Source of the DNA: an uncultured Nitrospiraceae bacterium
Lineage (GTDB): Bacteria; Nitrospirota; Thermodesulfovibrionia; Thermodesulfovibrionales; SM23-35
Direction: 5' to 3'
Length of the DNA: 64,000 bases
NCBI GenBank assembly: GCA_963727775.1
Contig: CAVSHB010000003.1
Coordinates: forward strand, 320,001 to 384,000
Part shown: positions 39,778-50,639 of the stretch, piece after piece
Layout: every line of letters begins with the position of its first letter
Position numbering within the stretch: position 1 is the stretch's first letter
Made by a program: the position numbers and the translations under genes
Notes under the pieces: model-generated
What the model saw: only the letters and a program-made list of their open reading frames with translations
What the model was told of the DNA's origin: nothing
The model's database searches: none

Positions 39778-40476
39778 TCATCGCTCCCAATCACGGTAAT
39801 AAAATTTAACCAGCTTGTCGGGCCGGACACCTAAATGATAAAGGCCCCTTAACATCCAGTTCCTCAATGTGCAGTAAAGGACCCCTTCTTTTTCCCACCT
39901 CCTCGGGGATGTCTTCACCTTCTGCGGCATGATGCAGATCTTGTGTCCGGCTCTTTTCATGCGCATCATAAACTCCAGATCTTCCATCAATGGAATTTCT
40001 TTAAATCCGTTCAGCTCATCAAATAGCTTCTTTTTGACGAATATGGCCTGATCACCGTAAGGAATTCCGGTAAAATGAGAACGGATGTTGGCCATTTTTT
40101 CTATAAGCCTGAAAACAATCCTTTCGGATTTTATTTCTAAATCAAAAGCCCCGCCCGCGCATTGATTTTTGTCCACTGCGGCAAGGATTGCGCTGTAGGC
40201 ATCTGCCGGAAGTTCGGTGTCTGTGTGCAGAAATAAAAGAATTTCGCCTTTGGCCGCGGAGGCCCCTTTATTCATCTGCATACCGCGGCCCTTTGAAGAT
40301 AGAACTTTTATTACATCATTTTTTTGTATTGCATTTATCGTTGCTCCGCCCGGTCCACCATCAACGACTATCACTTCAAAATCAAACCCGGAACCTGTCA
40401 GATAAACATTTTCAACGGTTTGGTTGATTATTGATGGTTCATTTAATACGGGGATTATAATAGAAAAAGAACACAT
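39778..40476 (-). CDS. GT2 glycosyltransferase, TIGR04283-like
   Basis: SIIIPVLNE, VVDGG, GRGMQMNKGA, LFLHTD, PYGDQAIF and TSPRRW. Confidence 0.88.
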   Translation of the reverse strand: MCSFSIIIPVLNEPSIINQTVENVYLTGSGFDFEVIVVDGGPGGATINAIQKNDVIKVLSSKGRGMQMNKGASAAKGEILLFLHTDTELPADAYSAILAAVDKNQCAGGAFDLEIKSERIVFRLIEKMANIRSHFTGIPYGDQAIFVKKKLFDELNGFKEIPLMEDLEFMMRMKRAGHKICIMPQKVKTSPRRWEKEGVLYCTLRNWMLRGLYHLGVRPDKLVKFYYRDWER

Positions 40477-40493
40477 TTTTTTATCAAATAAAC

Positions 40494-41189
40494 CTACGCA
40501 AAAAGCCTTTTCATATTGCCCGATATAAACCGCATAGTTCTTGAATCCGCAAATTCGGTATGTTTATTTCTCTCGGCCAATGCCCTTAAATCATCAAGAC
40601 TGTCCACATCCCTCCATTTCTGAAGGATATGTACTTCATGATTATATTTATTGAATATCTCCATTGTCCTCCCGAATACCTCGTCCGTACTCCATGGTAT
40701 CCCATCAAATATTTCCGGAAGGAAAGTGTTATGGTTAAAACCTATCAGATAATACCCTCCGTCGAAGGCCGGGCCGATCACCGCATGGTCATTACATAAC
40801 TCGAGCGCCTTATCCAATAACGTATTGGGCAAATCAGGCACATCACTGCCGATTATCAATATGTTTGAAAATCCCTCTGTAAAAGACTCTGTAAAGGCGT
40901 TCTTCATTCTTTCACCTACATCCCGACCCTTCTGGGGCATATATTGATAGTCCTTCCCGAGCCAGTCCGAGAACTTTCCTTTTGAATCCGGCGGGGTAAA
41001 ACAGATTTCAAAAGAATATCCGCCCTTTTTAAGCGTATCCACAAGGTCGAGCACAAAATTTTTGTAGAGAGCAAGAACGATAGTTTCATCCAAATTTATT
41101 GAAAGCCGGGATTTTACTTTTCCCTTTTCAGGGAGTTTGACAAACAGGAGCACACATCCATCAGGGAGCGTCTTTGTCTTTCGAATCAC
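40494..41189 (-). CDS. TIGR04282/DUF2064-like transferase
   Basis: FVKLPEKGKVKSRL, GERM, IIGSDVP, GPAFDGGYYLIG, WST and DVD. Confidence 0.88.
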   Translation of the reverse strand: MIRKTKTLPDGCVLLFVKLPEKGKVKSRLSINLDETIVLALYKNFVLDLVDTLKKGGYSFEICFTPPDSKGKFSDWLGKDYQYMPQKGRDVGERMKNAFTESFTEGFSNILIIGSDVPDLPNTLLDKALELCNDHAVIGPAFDGGYYLIGFNHNTFLPEIFDGIPWSTDEVFGRTMEIFNKYNHEVHILQKWRDVDSLDDLRALAERNKHTEFADSRTMRFISGNMKRLFA

Positions 41190-41227
41190 TATGATATAGT
41201 ATCATAATATAGCTGCATAATCAGCCC

Positions 41228-41349
41228 TAAATAATGGCGGAGACGGTATTTGAGCGGTTTTAAATTCTGTGAAGATTTATCGGAACAGAATTTACCTCGG
41301 AGGGCGACAGCCCGAGAATGAGCGAAAATACCGTGTCCGCCATTATTTA
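41228..41349 (+). repeat. Structured dispersed element, copy C (candidate ncRNA)
   Basis: Same conserved core; closing stem TAAATAATGGCGGA.ACGGTATTT / AAATACCGT.TCCGCCATTATTTA. Confidence 0.85.
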
Positions 41350-41357
41350 CAAATACG

Positions 41358-41783
41358 TCATGAATAATAAGGGGCGGTATTCAATAACTTTGTCAACACA
41401 GGAATCAGTTCGGTACCCATTTTCCTCTTTGGTATATAGGCATTGGCCCCCGCTACAGCAGCGCCGGCCCGGTATGTGGAATCTTCATATATGCTCAGCA
41501 TTACTACCTGTGCCTTCGGAACAGCATCCCTAATGAGCCGGGTTGCGTCGATGCCGCTCATTCCGGGTAACATAATATCCATCAGGACGACGTCGGGCTG
41601 CATTTCCAGGACTTTGGCCAGGGCCTCTTCCGCGCTTTTTGACTGTAGAACACTACTGTCCCGGAAAACGGCGCCAAGCCACTTTTGTAATGATTCCCGC
41701 AGTGCATCATGATCTTCAATAATAAGGATAACGGGCTTCGTAATTTTGCAAATATCCCTGACATCGCCCATGATAAGATTCAA
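41358..41783 (-). CDS. Single-domain response regulator
   Basis: IIEDH, PDVVLMDIMLPGMSG, MLS and YIPK; start uncertain. Confidence 0.88.
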   Translation of the reverse strand: MNLIMGDVRDICKITKPVILIIEDHDALRESLQKWLGAVFRDSSVLQSKSAEEALAKVLEMQPDVVLMDIMLPGMSGIDATRLIRDAVPKAQVVMLSIYEDSTYRAGAAVAGANAYIPKRKMGTELIPVLTKLLNTAPYYS

Positions 41784-41875
41784 CCTCCCGATATAAACCT
41801 TAACTGATAGTTTAATTCCATTTTATCCAAATGTCTGTCAGGGAACTTTGACTTTTCTTGTAAGGTTTGTTTGAT

Positions 41876-42529
41876 TTATTTTATTGTTGTCAGACCGTGC
41901 TGGAGGGCAAACTTGACCAAACCGGGAATATCTTTGATGTTGAGTTTTTCCATGAAGCGGCACCTGTATGTCTCAACAGTCTTGACGGACAGGGAAAGGA
42001 CGTCGGCAATCTCGGAGCTGGATTTCCCCTCAACCACAAGCTGCAATATCTCCCTTTCCCTTGAAGTGAGCCGTTCCAGGGGACTCTGGCCCGCCGCGGG
42101 CTCACGCTCACATATGTAATCGTCGATTATAGTTTCAGTAATATATTGCGATAAATATCGACGCCCTGCATATACGGTACGGACAGCGGTGATTACTTCA
42201 GCGCCGGCTGATTCTTTTAACAAATAGCCCTTAGCCCCTGCCTTAAACGCATGGAAGATATGCTCGTTGGACGCATACATCGAGAGAATAATGGTGCGTG
42301 TAGAATGGCAGTGGTCCCGGATCTGCCGGGTTGCATCAATGCCGTTGAGTTCCGGCATTGCGATATCCATAATTACTACATCGGGGCACAGGCGTTTTAC
42401 CTCATGCACAGCCTTGCGTCCGTCCGCTGCTTCGCCGACAACGGAAATGTCCTTCTGGGTCTCTAACAGTAATCGCAGTCCTTCCCGCACAACCGCATGG
42501 TCATCGGCAAGAAAAACTCTTATAGCCAT
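41876..42529 (-). CDS. NarL/LuxR-family response regulator
   Basis: ADDH, MDIAMP, YLLK and LTSREREIL..SVKTVETY. Confidence 0.95.
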   Translation of the reverse strand: MAIRVFLADDHAVVREGLRLLLETQKDISVVGEAADGRKAVHEVKRLCPDVVIMDIAMPELNGIDATRQIRDHCHSTRTIILSMYASNEHIFHAFKAGAKGYLLKESAGAEVITAVRTVYAGRRYLSQYITETIIDDYICEREPAAGQSPLERLTSREREILQLVVEGKSSSEIADVLSLSVKTVETYRCRFMEKLNIKDIPGLVKFALQHGLTTIK

Positions 42530-42533
42530 AGGT

Positions 42534-43953
42534 TCATCTCTTTATCTCAATTTCGAGCCTCGTCCCTTTTCCCGGCTCGGACTTAATAATCAATTTCCCA
42601 TCTATTGCCTTCGTCCTCTCCTGTATATTGAGCAGCCCCCATCCGGAGCGCTCACTTAATCTGTTAACAGCCGCCGGGTCAAAGCCCACTCCATTATCAG
42701 TGACGGTCAAATGCGCTTTACCGTTATTTTCATCCAGCCTTATGGTAACCTGTGTAGCACCGGCATGTTTAACTACATTGGTCAAAACCTCCTGAACGAT
42801 GCGGAATAAAGTTGTCTCTACCTCTGACGGCAGACGAGGCACCAATTCTTCACCTTGTATATTGATTTGCAGCCCCATTCGCCTCGAGAACTGTGCTCCA
42901 TACCATCGTAATACCGCAAGCAGCCCATAATCATCCAGAACAGAAGGCCGCAAGTCAGCCATTAAGTCCCGGACCCGCCTCATGGTTTCTTCCAATATGC
43001 TCAACATGTCGGTCAAAAGCGCCTCTATCTCGCCTGTCAGGCAGCCGGATAATTTATTGCGCAGCATATTCAGATTAATGCCGAGCGCAGTCAGGTTCTG
43101 GCCGATCTGATCATGCAGTTCCCTGGAAAATCTTTGACGGTCGGTCTCTTCCGCCTTTGAGAGTCGCTTGGTAAGCGCACTCGAGCTGATCTCTTGACCT
43201 TATGAGCGCCTCTTCCGCGTTCTTAAGGTCAGTGATGTCGCGCCCTACCGACTGAAATTCCACTATCTGTCCTTTTTCGTCGAATATGGCCCTGTTGGTC
43301 CACTGCTGCCACCGGATATCACCATTGGGCATAATTGCACGATGCTCCATTAGGGCAACAGGTTGCTCACGGGTCAAAACAGGAATGCGTTTCTTCAGCT
43401 CCTCTGCAGGCATAAAAGGTATAGAGGAATGCCCTATAAGTTCCTCGCAGGATTTCCCGACATAACGACAACAAACTTCATTAACATAGGTAATTGTTCC
43501 GTCGGGCATCCAGCGGCAGATCAGTTCAGTCTGATCTTCAACTATGGCGCGGTATTTTTCTTCTGATTTCCGCAGATGCCTTATTTCTATCGCACGTGCC
43601 ACCACAGGCCGTAGTATTTTCCAGTCCAGCGGTTTTGTTATATAATCAAATGCGCCGATCTTCATCGCCTCAACCGCGGTCTGGACTGTACCGTGCCCGG
43701 TTATGATAATGCATACCAGATGCCGGTCTTTCTTTAAGGCGGTCCTAAAAAGAGTGATGCCGTCTATTTCGGGCATCATAAGATCGGTAATGAGCAGGTC
43801 AAAATCCTGCTTGCTTAAGGCCTCTAATGCGTCTTTGGCCGACATAAATCGTATGACCTCATAGCCCGATTCCGTCAAGAAATCAGATAAAGGGGTTACG
43901 ACGTCAATTTCGTCATCAACAATCATTATTTTTTCTGAACGAATGTTATTCAT
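42534..43953 (-). pseudogene. Hybrid REC-PAS-HisKA_3-HATPase kinase with a frameshift near 43182
   Basis: After RDQL, a one-base shift gives SALTKRLSKAEETDRQRFSRELHDQIGQNLT, continuous with ORF 42534-43067. Confidence 0.85.
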
Positions 43954-43958
43954 CTTTC

Positions 43959-43990
43959 AGGCAACAGGCTATAGGCTATAGGCTATAGGC
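43959..43990. repeat. Heptamer tandem repeat (AGGCTAT)x3 plus degenerate flanking units
   Basis: AGGCAAC AGGCTAT AGGCTAT AGGCTAT AGGC immediately upstream of the kinase start. Confidence 0.85.
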
Positions 43991-44056
43991 GGGATGAAGG
44001 TCGTAACAGCAGATTTTTCGAAACGGATGGAGGAATTATTATACAAATCTTCTCCG

Positions 44057-45457
44057 TTAACCGGATGCTGATAAGGCTGTTTTTATTCCCCTGACAAGGA
44101 CCTCAACATCGCTGTCTCCCACTGTTCTTGCATCTATTATTAAGGAGTCTTCTTTTATTCTCGTGATAATAGGCGGACTGCCCTTTCTTAATCTCTCCTC
44201 AAGTTCATTAACGGATATCTTTGTAGTCCCTATAGATACCGCATAGGTAGGCAGATCTTCTTCCGGCAACGCCCCGCCGCCGGCCCTGGATGAATCCCCC
44301 ATGACATGAACGTCGAGACTCTTTATCTCTTTTCTCAGCCTTCGCGCTATTCTGTTCGCCTGTTTTTTTATCTCTTCAGGCCTCTGCAACAACATCCGGA
44401 GCGTCGGAATGTTTTTAACGGCCTTTTCTTCGTCAATGTATTCCATGAGTGTCGCTTCAAAACCGGCGAGTGTCAGCTTGTCTATTCTCATGGCTCTTGT
44501 CATCGGGTTTTTCTGGATCCTTTCGATGTATTTTCTTTTCCCTACGATAACCCCTCCCTGCGGCCCTCCAAGGAGTTTGTCGCCGCTGAAGGTTGTCAGA
44601 TCAACCTCTGAATTCACGATATCTTTTACTACCGGTTCATTGTGAATGCCGAACGGCTTCAAATCAATAAGACATCCGCTGCCGAGATCGAACATCACCG
44701 GCAGGTGATGTTTTTGTCCGAGTGTAACGAGGTCCTGCGTGTATACTTCGTCGGTAAATCCGACAATCTTATAATTGGATTTATGGATCTTCAGAATAAG
44801 CGAGGTGTTTTCATTTATCGCTTTTTCATAGTCGTACAGATGTGTCTTATTCGTTGTGCCTACTTCGCGGAGTACGGCGCCGCTTGCCGCCATGACATCG
44901 GGCAATCTGAAAGATCCTCCTATTTCAACAAGTTCACCCCTTGAAACAATGACCTCTTTGCCCTTTGATAATGTGTTAAGGCAGAGCAGCACTGCTGCAG
45001 CATTGTTGTTCACAACGAGCGCATCTTCAGCATTCGTTACTTCCCTTAGAATCCTCTTGATATGGGTATATCTTTTCCCGCGTTTCCCTTTGTCAATGTC
45101 GTATTCAAGGTTGGAATAACTTTCTGAAACCCGTCTGATATTTTCGAGCGCCCGTTCAGAGAGGATAGACCGCCCAAGGTTTGTATGGATTACGACGCCT
45201 GTCGCATTGATCAAAGGCTTCAGGCTGTAAGAAGAAAGTCTTTGAATTATACGCTCGATATCGGCCATCATAATATCTTCTGAGAGATCGGTGGAAAGAC
45301 CTTCGAGGATCTCTCTCCTCCTGCGGTCGATCCCATCTCTTATGGCCTGTATGACATACCTTCTTTGATAGGTATTGAGCCATTCGGCGCCTCGCCGGCT
45401 CTTCAGTAATTCATCGACTGAGGGAAGATTAGAGAGCAGTTTCTGTTTTTCGTCCAT
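44057..45457 (-). CDS. selA: L-seryl-tRNA(Sec) selenium transferase
   Basis: LPSVD, INATGVVIHTNLGR, VNNNAAA, SRGELVEIGGSFR and FSGDKLLGGPQ. Confidence 0.97.
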   Translation of the reverse strand: MDEKQKLLSNLPSVDELLKSRRGAEWLNTYQRRYVIQAIRDGIDRRRREILEGLSTDLSEDIMMADIERIIQRLSSYSLKPLINATGVVIHTNLGRSILSERALENIRRVSESYSNLEYDIDKGKRGKRYTHIKRILREVTNAEDALVVNNNAAAVLLCLNTLSKGKEVIVSRGELVEIGGSFRLPDVMAASGAVLREVGTTNKTHLYDYEKAINENTSLILKIHKSNYKIVGFTDEVYTQDLVTLGQKHHLPVMFDLGSGCLIDLKPFGIHNEPVVKDIVNSEVDLTTFSGDKLLGGPQGGVIVGKRKYIERIQKNPMTRAMRIDKLTLAGFEATLMEYIDEEKAVKNIPTLRMLLQRPEEIKKQANRIARRLRKEIKSLDVHVMGDSSRAGGGALPEEDLPTYAVSIGTTKISVNELEERLRKGSPPIITRIKEDSLIIDARTVGDSDVEVLVRGIKTALSASG

Positions 45458-45528
45458 CTATTTTTCTACCACAGAATGAAAATAAGGTCAATGCATTTTC
45501 TCCTACCCCACTTAATTCACACAATTGT

Positions 45529-45643
45529 GATTACCGGCAGATATAGTATTTGCGCGGTTTTAAATTCTTTCTTTGAAAGAATTTACCTCGGAGTCCGCCA
45601 CGGCGGACGAGAATGAGCGCAAGTACTATATCTGTCGGTAATC
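45529..45643 (+). repeat. Structured dispersed element, copy D (candidate ncRNA)
   Basis: 27-bp closing stem with two G-U pairs; same conserved core; lies between divergent selA and purF. Confidence 0.87.
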
Positions 45644-45708
45644 CTTAATTATTATACACGGGAGTATAGAATCATTGAAGATTAGATATATGTTAAACTA
45701 ATTTAATC

Positions 45709-47109
45709 ATGTTCCACGACATCCACGAAGAATGCGGCGTATTCGGGATATATGGACATCCCGAGGCGGCGAACCTCACCTATCTCGGGCTTTATGCCTT
45801 GCAGCACAGGGGCCAGGAAGGCGCGGGCATCTGTTCATCCGATGGGAGACAGGTCTTTCTTGAGAAATCCATGGGACTTATTGCCGATGTCTTCAGCGAA
45901 AAAAGGCTGAAACGTTTGCCGGGCTATATCGCCATAGGCCACAACAGATATTCCACGGCCGGCACCAGTGTGTTGAAAAACGTTCAGCCCCTCGTTGCGA
46001 ATTTCGCTCTCGGCACACTTGCGATAGCGCACAACGGAAATCTCGTCAGCGCAGTAGATCTCAGGGCCTCACTTGAAGAAGAAGGCGCAATATTCCAGTC
46101 CTCATCGGACAGTGAAGTTATAGTGCATCTTATCGCCCATTCAAAAGGTAACGAATTCTGTGAAAGAGTGGCCCATGCGGTCTCACAGATAAGCGGTTCC
46201 TTCAGCCTTCTTATAATGAGAGAAAAAGAACTTATCGCAATTAGAGACCCTTACGGCGTAAGGCCTCTCAGCCTCGGCATGAAAGACGGTGCATATGTCG
46301 TGGCTTCCGAGACATGCTCGTTCGACCTCATCGGGGCCACGTATATACGCGACGTGGAGCCGGGTGAAGTCCTTATCATAAACGAGCAGGGGCTCGAATC
46401 TCTCAAGATATTCAACAGCCAGAGGAAGGCATTCTGTGTATTCGAATTTATTTATTTTTCGAGGCCCGACAGCAACATCTTCGGTGGGGTGAATGTCAAT
46501 GAGATGAGGAAAGAATTCGGCAGGCAACTCGCACGGGAGTCCTTTACAGATGCCGATCTTGTCATACCTGTTCCTGATTCCGGAGTTCCGGCAGCGATAG
46601 GTTTTTCGGAGGAAAGCGGGATCCCTTTTGATTTTGGCCTCATCAGGAACCATTACGTCGGAAGGACTTTTATAGAACCGAAACACAGCATAAGACATTT
46701 CGGCGTCAAGATCAAACTTAATCCCGTAAGAAAGCTCCTTGAAGGTAAAAGACTGATTGTAATAGACGATTCGATTGTCAGAGGTACAACAAGCAAAAAG
46801 ATCGTCAAGATGCTGAGAGAAGGTGGAGGCGCCAGGGAAGTGCATTTAAAAATTAGCTCGCCGCCGACCATCGGTCCCTGCTTTTACGGGATAGACACTC
46901 CTACAAGGCGAGAACTTATAGCCTCAACTCATCTCATCGACGAGATCAAGAAATATGTCACCGCCGATTCCCTGTCTTATCTCAGCCTTGAAGGTCTTAA
47001 AAAAATAGTCCCGGAATCCCATAATTACTGCACCGCCTGTTTTGATTGCAACTATCCTATAAGCTTTCCGGGCGCGCACCTCAAACAGATGGAATTTTTG
47101 TTCAGGTAG
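45709..47109 (+). CDS. purF: Amidophosphoribosyltransferase
   Basis: [36 protein letters not shown] and CFYGID. Confidence 0.98.
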   Translation: MFHDIHEECGVFGIYGHPEAANLTYLGLYALQHRGQEGAGICSSDGRQVFLEKSMGLIADVFSEKRLKRLPGYIAIGHNRYSTAGTSVLKNVQPLVANFALGTLAIAHNGNLVSAVDLRASLEEEGAIFQSSSDSEVIVHLIAHSKGNEFCERVAHAVSQISGSFSLLIMREKELIAIRDPYGVRPLSLGMKDGAYVVASETCSFDLIGATYIRDVEPGEVLIINEQGLESLKIFNSQRKAFCVFEFIYFSRPDSNIFGGVNVNEMRKEFGRQLARESFTDADLVIPVPDSGVPAAIGFSEESGIPFDFGLIRNHYVGRTFIEPKHSIRHFGVKIKLNPVRKLLEGKRLIVIDDSIVRGTTSKKIVKMLREGGGAREVHLKISSPPTIGPCFYGIDTPTRRELIASTHLIDEIKKYVTADSLSYLSLEGLKKIVPESHNYCTACFDCNYPISFPGAHLKQMEFLFR

Positions 47110-47122
47110 AAAAATCAAAAAC

Positions 47123-48250
47123 TTGGTGACCTGCGCATTAAGAGACATTTTCACGATTAACCTCGGAGTACAAAGACATGAGAAAGTCCTTCTGTTTGGT
47201 GACAGGGTTTCCCAAAGGGAGCATGTAAATGAAACCGACAGAGAAAGAAGGACCAAGCTCAGATGCGTTGCCATGCTTGCGGCTGAAATAGGTCGAAGTC
47301 TCTGCAAAGAAATCCTTTATTTCGAATATCCGGCTACCGGCTCTCACGGTGCGGAACCTCCGGTGGAACTGTGGAAGCTTGCATTCGGGGAAAAAGCAAT
47401 AGAAACTTTAAAGGCAGAGCGGCTTCTTATGCCTATTCTCAGAAAAAGTACAAAAGATGAGGATATCGATAGGGCGGAAGGCGTAATTGAAAAACATAAA
47501 AAAAATGCCGTGGATTGTGTTATTGCACTCTCAAACTATTCCACAAGTCATACAAGGTTCAGGGATTTCCTGACAAAGATTTGCGGGAGCAGATATGCGA
47601 GCATGCCTTTATTCGATATATCCATGCTTGAGGGCGCCATGAACATTGACTGGAAGGCCCTCGCTAAAAGGACAACGGCGATGGCAAGAATAATAAACAA
47701 AGCTGAATGCTTTGAGATTAAAACGCCTAACGGCACGCATCTTTCTTTCTCGAAGAAAGGGAGAAAGGCTTTAGCGGATACGGGTCTACTGACAAAACCG
47801 GGATCTTTCAGCAATCTGCCTGCTGGCGAGGTTTTCCTTGCACCCGTTGAAGGTACGGCCCACGGGAGACTTGTTCTGGAATGGGCCCCGATGAGACACC
47901 TTGATTCTCCAGCAACTCTAACGATCAAAAATGGCAGTGTTGCGAATATCTCCGGGAAGGATGAGTACGCTGAAACCCTAAGAATGAAACTCGCGGAGAG
48001 AAAAGAAAATGGAAATATTGCCGAGCTTGGCATCGGAACGAATAACGCGGCAAAAAGGCCTGACAATATCCTCGAATCGGAAAAAATACTCGGTACAATC
48101 CACGTAGCCCTGGGTGATAACAGTTCATTCGGAGGGAAGGTCCAAACCCCTTTTCATCAGGATTTTGTATTTTTTAAACCGACGGTAACCTTGATCCATA
48201 AAGACGGCAGCAGAAAAGACATTCTGAAGACCGGAAAATTGCTCTGTTAG
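47123..48250 (+). CDS. Aminopeptidase, M29/thermophilic metalloprotease-like
   Basis: NLPAGEVF, IAELGIGTN, ESEKILGTIHVALGDN and HQD. Confidence 0.85.
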   Translation: MVTCALRDIFTINLGVQRHEKVLLFGDRVSQREHVNETDRERRTKLRCVAMLAAEIGRSLCKEILYFEYPATGSHGAEPPVELWKLAFGEKAIETLKAERLLMPILRKSTKDEDIDRAEGVIEKHKKNAVDCVIALSNYSTSHTRFRDFLTKICGSRYASMPLFDISMLEGAMNIDWKALAKRTTAMARIINKAECFEIKTPNGTHLSFSKKGRKALADTGLLTKPGSFSNLPAGEVFLAPVEGTAHGRLVLEWAPMRHLDSPATLTIKNGSVANISGKDEYAETLRMKLAERKENGNIAELGIGTNNAAKRPDNILESEKILGTIHVALGDNSSFGGKVQTPFHQDFVFFKPTVTLIHKDGSRKDILKTGKLLC

Positions 48251-48286
48251 TAAAATTGTGCAGACATTTAAGGAATAATTATTGAT

Positions 48287-50164
48287 ATGCGTTATATAAT
48301 CCTTGGAACCGCAGGCCACATCGATCACGGCAAGAGTGCGCTTGTTAAAGCGCTGACCGGCATAGACCCCGACAGACTGAAAGAGGAGAAAGAGCGGGGC
48401 ATCACTATTGATCTCGGGTTTGCAGACCTTCATTATCCCGAGGGTCTTACTGTGGGTATAGTTGACGTACCCGGACATGAAAGGCTTGTTAAGAACATGC
48501 TCGCGGGCGCCGGAGGGATCGATCTTGTTCTCCTTGTCATTGCGGCGGATGAAGGGATCATGCCGCAGAGCCGTGAGCATCTTCATATCTGCAACCTTCT
48601 CAAGATTAAATCCGGTCTTATAGCAATCACAAAGGCAGATCTTGTTGACGGGGAATGGCTTCAGCTTGTTGAAGATGATGTAAAAAATTTTGTCAAAGGC
48701 AGTTTCCTTGAAAGGACTGCCATTGTCCCGGTATCATCAAAAACAATGCTTAATATCGACCTCCTGAAAGAAAAGATCAGAGAAGCGGCTTTAAACGTAG
48801 AACCAAAACCGACGAAAGGGCTTTTCAGACTTCCTATCGACAGGGTTTTTACTTTAAAAGGGTTTGGGACCGTAGTCACGGGGACTGCAATTTCGGGGAG
48901 CATATCCATTGACGACGACGTGGAAATCCTCCCGAGCAACATAAAAAGTAAGGTCCGCGGTCTCCACAGCCACGGCAAACCGATACAGACGGCATATGCA
49001 GGCCAGAGGGTTGCGATAAACCTTCAGGGGATAGATAAAGATGAATTAAACCGAGGAGATTCCGTTGTCGTACCTGAAAAGTTAACACCGACAAAAAAGA
49101 TCGACGCCAACATAGAAATGCTTGAGGATACGCCGGTTCTTAAAAGTAAAAGTCTTGTCCATTTTCACCTCGGCACATCCGAGACCGTGGCCCGGATAAT
49201 CCTTTACGGACGGAACGAGATCAAGGCCGGTGAGCATTGCTACTGCCAGTTCAGGCTTAAGGAGCCGGTTATTGCCATGGCAGGGGACAGATATATCATA
49301 AGAAGGTTTTCCCCGGTTGTGACCATAGGCGGCGGAGAGGTGCTCGATCCATTGTCGTTCAGAAGGAGTTTTAAAGAAGGCACGTCTGATTTAAGTATAT
49401 TTGAAGCGGGCACTCCACCTGAAAAGATAGCCATGAAGGTGCAAAAATCCGGAATACAGGGGATTAAAATCTCATTGATTGAGGGATGGATGAAGGCAGA
49501 GCTTACCTCGATAAAAGATTCAATAAAAAGCCTGAAAGAAAAAAGCATACTCGCACAATTCGAAGATGTCCTCATTCATAACAGCGCATTAATTTCTTTT
49601 CAGGAGACCGTTAAAAACATTATGAATGATTTTCATAAAAAAAACCCTCTGAAGCCCGGAATGTCTAAAGAGGAGCTAAGGGCCAATTTCAAAATTGACC
49701 CGCGGCTTTTCGGTAATCTGATAACTTCACTGAAAGATATTGTCATCGAAAAGGAGCTTGTCCGTCTTTCATCTTTTAGAATAGCTTTGTCACAGGTGGA
49801 TGAGACAGTAAAGACAAGAATCCTCGAGCTCCTTGAAAAAAGCGGATTTCAGCCCCCGACAAAAGAAGAACTGGCACAGTCTTTAAACATGGATGTAAAG
49901 CGTTTTTCGGATATCCTGAAACTGATGTCCAAAGAAGGTAGTCTTGTAAGGATCAGCGACTCGACGCACATAACAGCTTCCACATATAAAATGATAATCG
50001 ATAACCTGAAGAACTTTTTCAGTAAAAAACCCGAAATGACCGTTGCAGAGTTCAGGAACGTCCTCGGCACTTCAAGGAAGTATGCCCTGCCCTTTCTCGA
50101 ATACCTGGACTCGAATAAGATTACTATGAGAGTGGGAGATGTAAGAAAGTTCCTGCTGAAGTAA
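48287..50164 (+). CDS. selB: Selenocysteine-specific elongation factor
   Basis: [26 protein letters not shown] and C-terminal winged-helix [13 protein letters not shown]. Confidence 0.97.
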   Translation: MRYIILGTAGHIDHGKSALVKALTGIDPDRLKEEKERGITIDLGFADLHYPEGLTVGIVDVPGHERLVKNMLAGAGGIDLVLLVIAADEGIMPQSREHLHICNLLKIKSGLIAITKADLVDGEWLQLVEDDVKNFVKGSFLERTAIVPVSSKTMLNIDLLKEKIREAALNVEPKPTKGLFRLPIDRVFTLKGFGTVVTGTAISGSISIDDDVEILPSNIKSKVRGLHSHGKPIQTAYAGQRVAINLQGIDKDELNRGDSVVVPEKLTPTKKIDANIEMLEDTPVLKSKSLVHFHLGTSETVARIILYGRNEIKAGEHCYCQFRLKEPVIAMAGDRYIIRRFSPVVTIGGGEVLDPLSFRRSFKEGTSDLSIFEAGTPPEKIAMKVQKSGIQGIKISLIEGWMKAELTSIKDSIKSLKEKSILAQFEDVLIHNSALISFQETVKNIMNDFHKKNPLKPGMSKEELRANFKIDPRLFGNLITSLKDIVIEKELVRLSSFRIALSQVDETVKTRILELLEKSGFQPPTKEELAQSLNMDVKRFSDILKLMSKEGSLVRISDSTHITASTYKMIIDNLKNFFSKKPEMTVAEFRNVLGTSRKYALPFLEYLDSNKITMRVGDVRKFLLK

Positions 50165-50165
50165 G

Positions 50166-50639
50166 CTATTCAATACGCTTCAGCAAACACACTGCTTGAG
50201 CCGCAATGCCTTCGCCGCGGCCTATAAATCCCATCCCTTCGTTTGTCTTTGTTTTTATATTGATCTTTCCGGAAAAAATTCCCCATTGTGATAGCGCCTC
50301 CTTCATGGATTCTATGTACGGAGACAGCTTAGGCTCCTCGGCTATGATGGTTGCGTCTATCCATGACACCTCATACCCGCTTGCCCCTGCAAGTCCGACA
50401 ATATATTTCAGGAGTTCAACACTTGATGCGTCCTTCCATTTCGGGTCTGTGTCGGGGAAATGGACGCCGATATCGCCGATTCCGAGCGCACCGATAATAG
50501 AGTCTATAATCGCGTGGCATAAGACATCCGCATCAGAATGACCGAGGAGCCCCTTTTCAAACGGGATGTTTACCCCGCCGATTATCAGCTTCCTACCCGA
50601 AGCAAGCTTATGAGAATCATAACCAATGCCTATACGCAT
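50166..50639 (-). CDS. ispF: 2-C-methyl-D-erythritol 2,4-cyclodiphosphate synthase
   Basis: MRIGIGYDSH, GHSDADV, GDIGVHFPDTD and GRGEGIAA. Confidence 0.97.
   Translation of the reverse strand: MRIGIGYDSHKLASGRKLIIGGVNIPFEKGLLGHSDADVLCHAIIDSIIGALGIGDIGVHFPDTDPKWKDASSVELLKYIVGLAGASGYEVSWIDATIIAEEPKLSPYIESMKEALSQWGIFSGKINIKTKTNEGMGFIGRGEGIAAQAVCLLKRIE

Noticed and set aside
43111..43113. TGA as selenocysteine in the kinase
   Set aside because: The conserved kinase sequence continues in a different frame, so this is a frameshift, not recoding.
25461..45643. Dispersed element as a known self-cleaving ribozyme (hammerhead, hairpin, HDV-like, twister) or riboswitch
   Set aside because: No CUGANGA/GAAA core. 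UUAC-CU only partly resembles hairpin-ribozyme loop B, and AGAAACA and loop A are missing. I could not see a pseudoknot, and orientation to genes is inconsistent.
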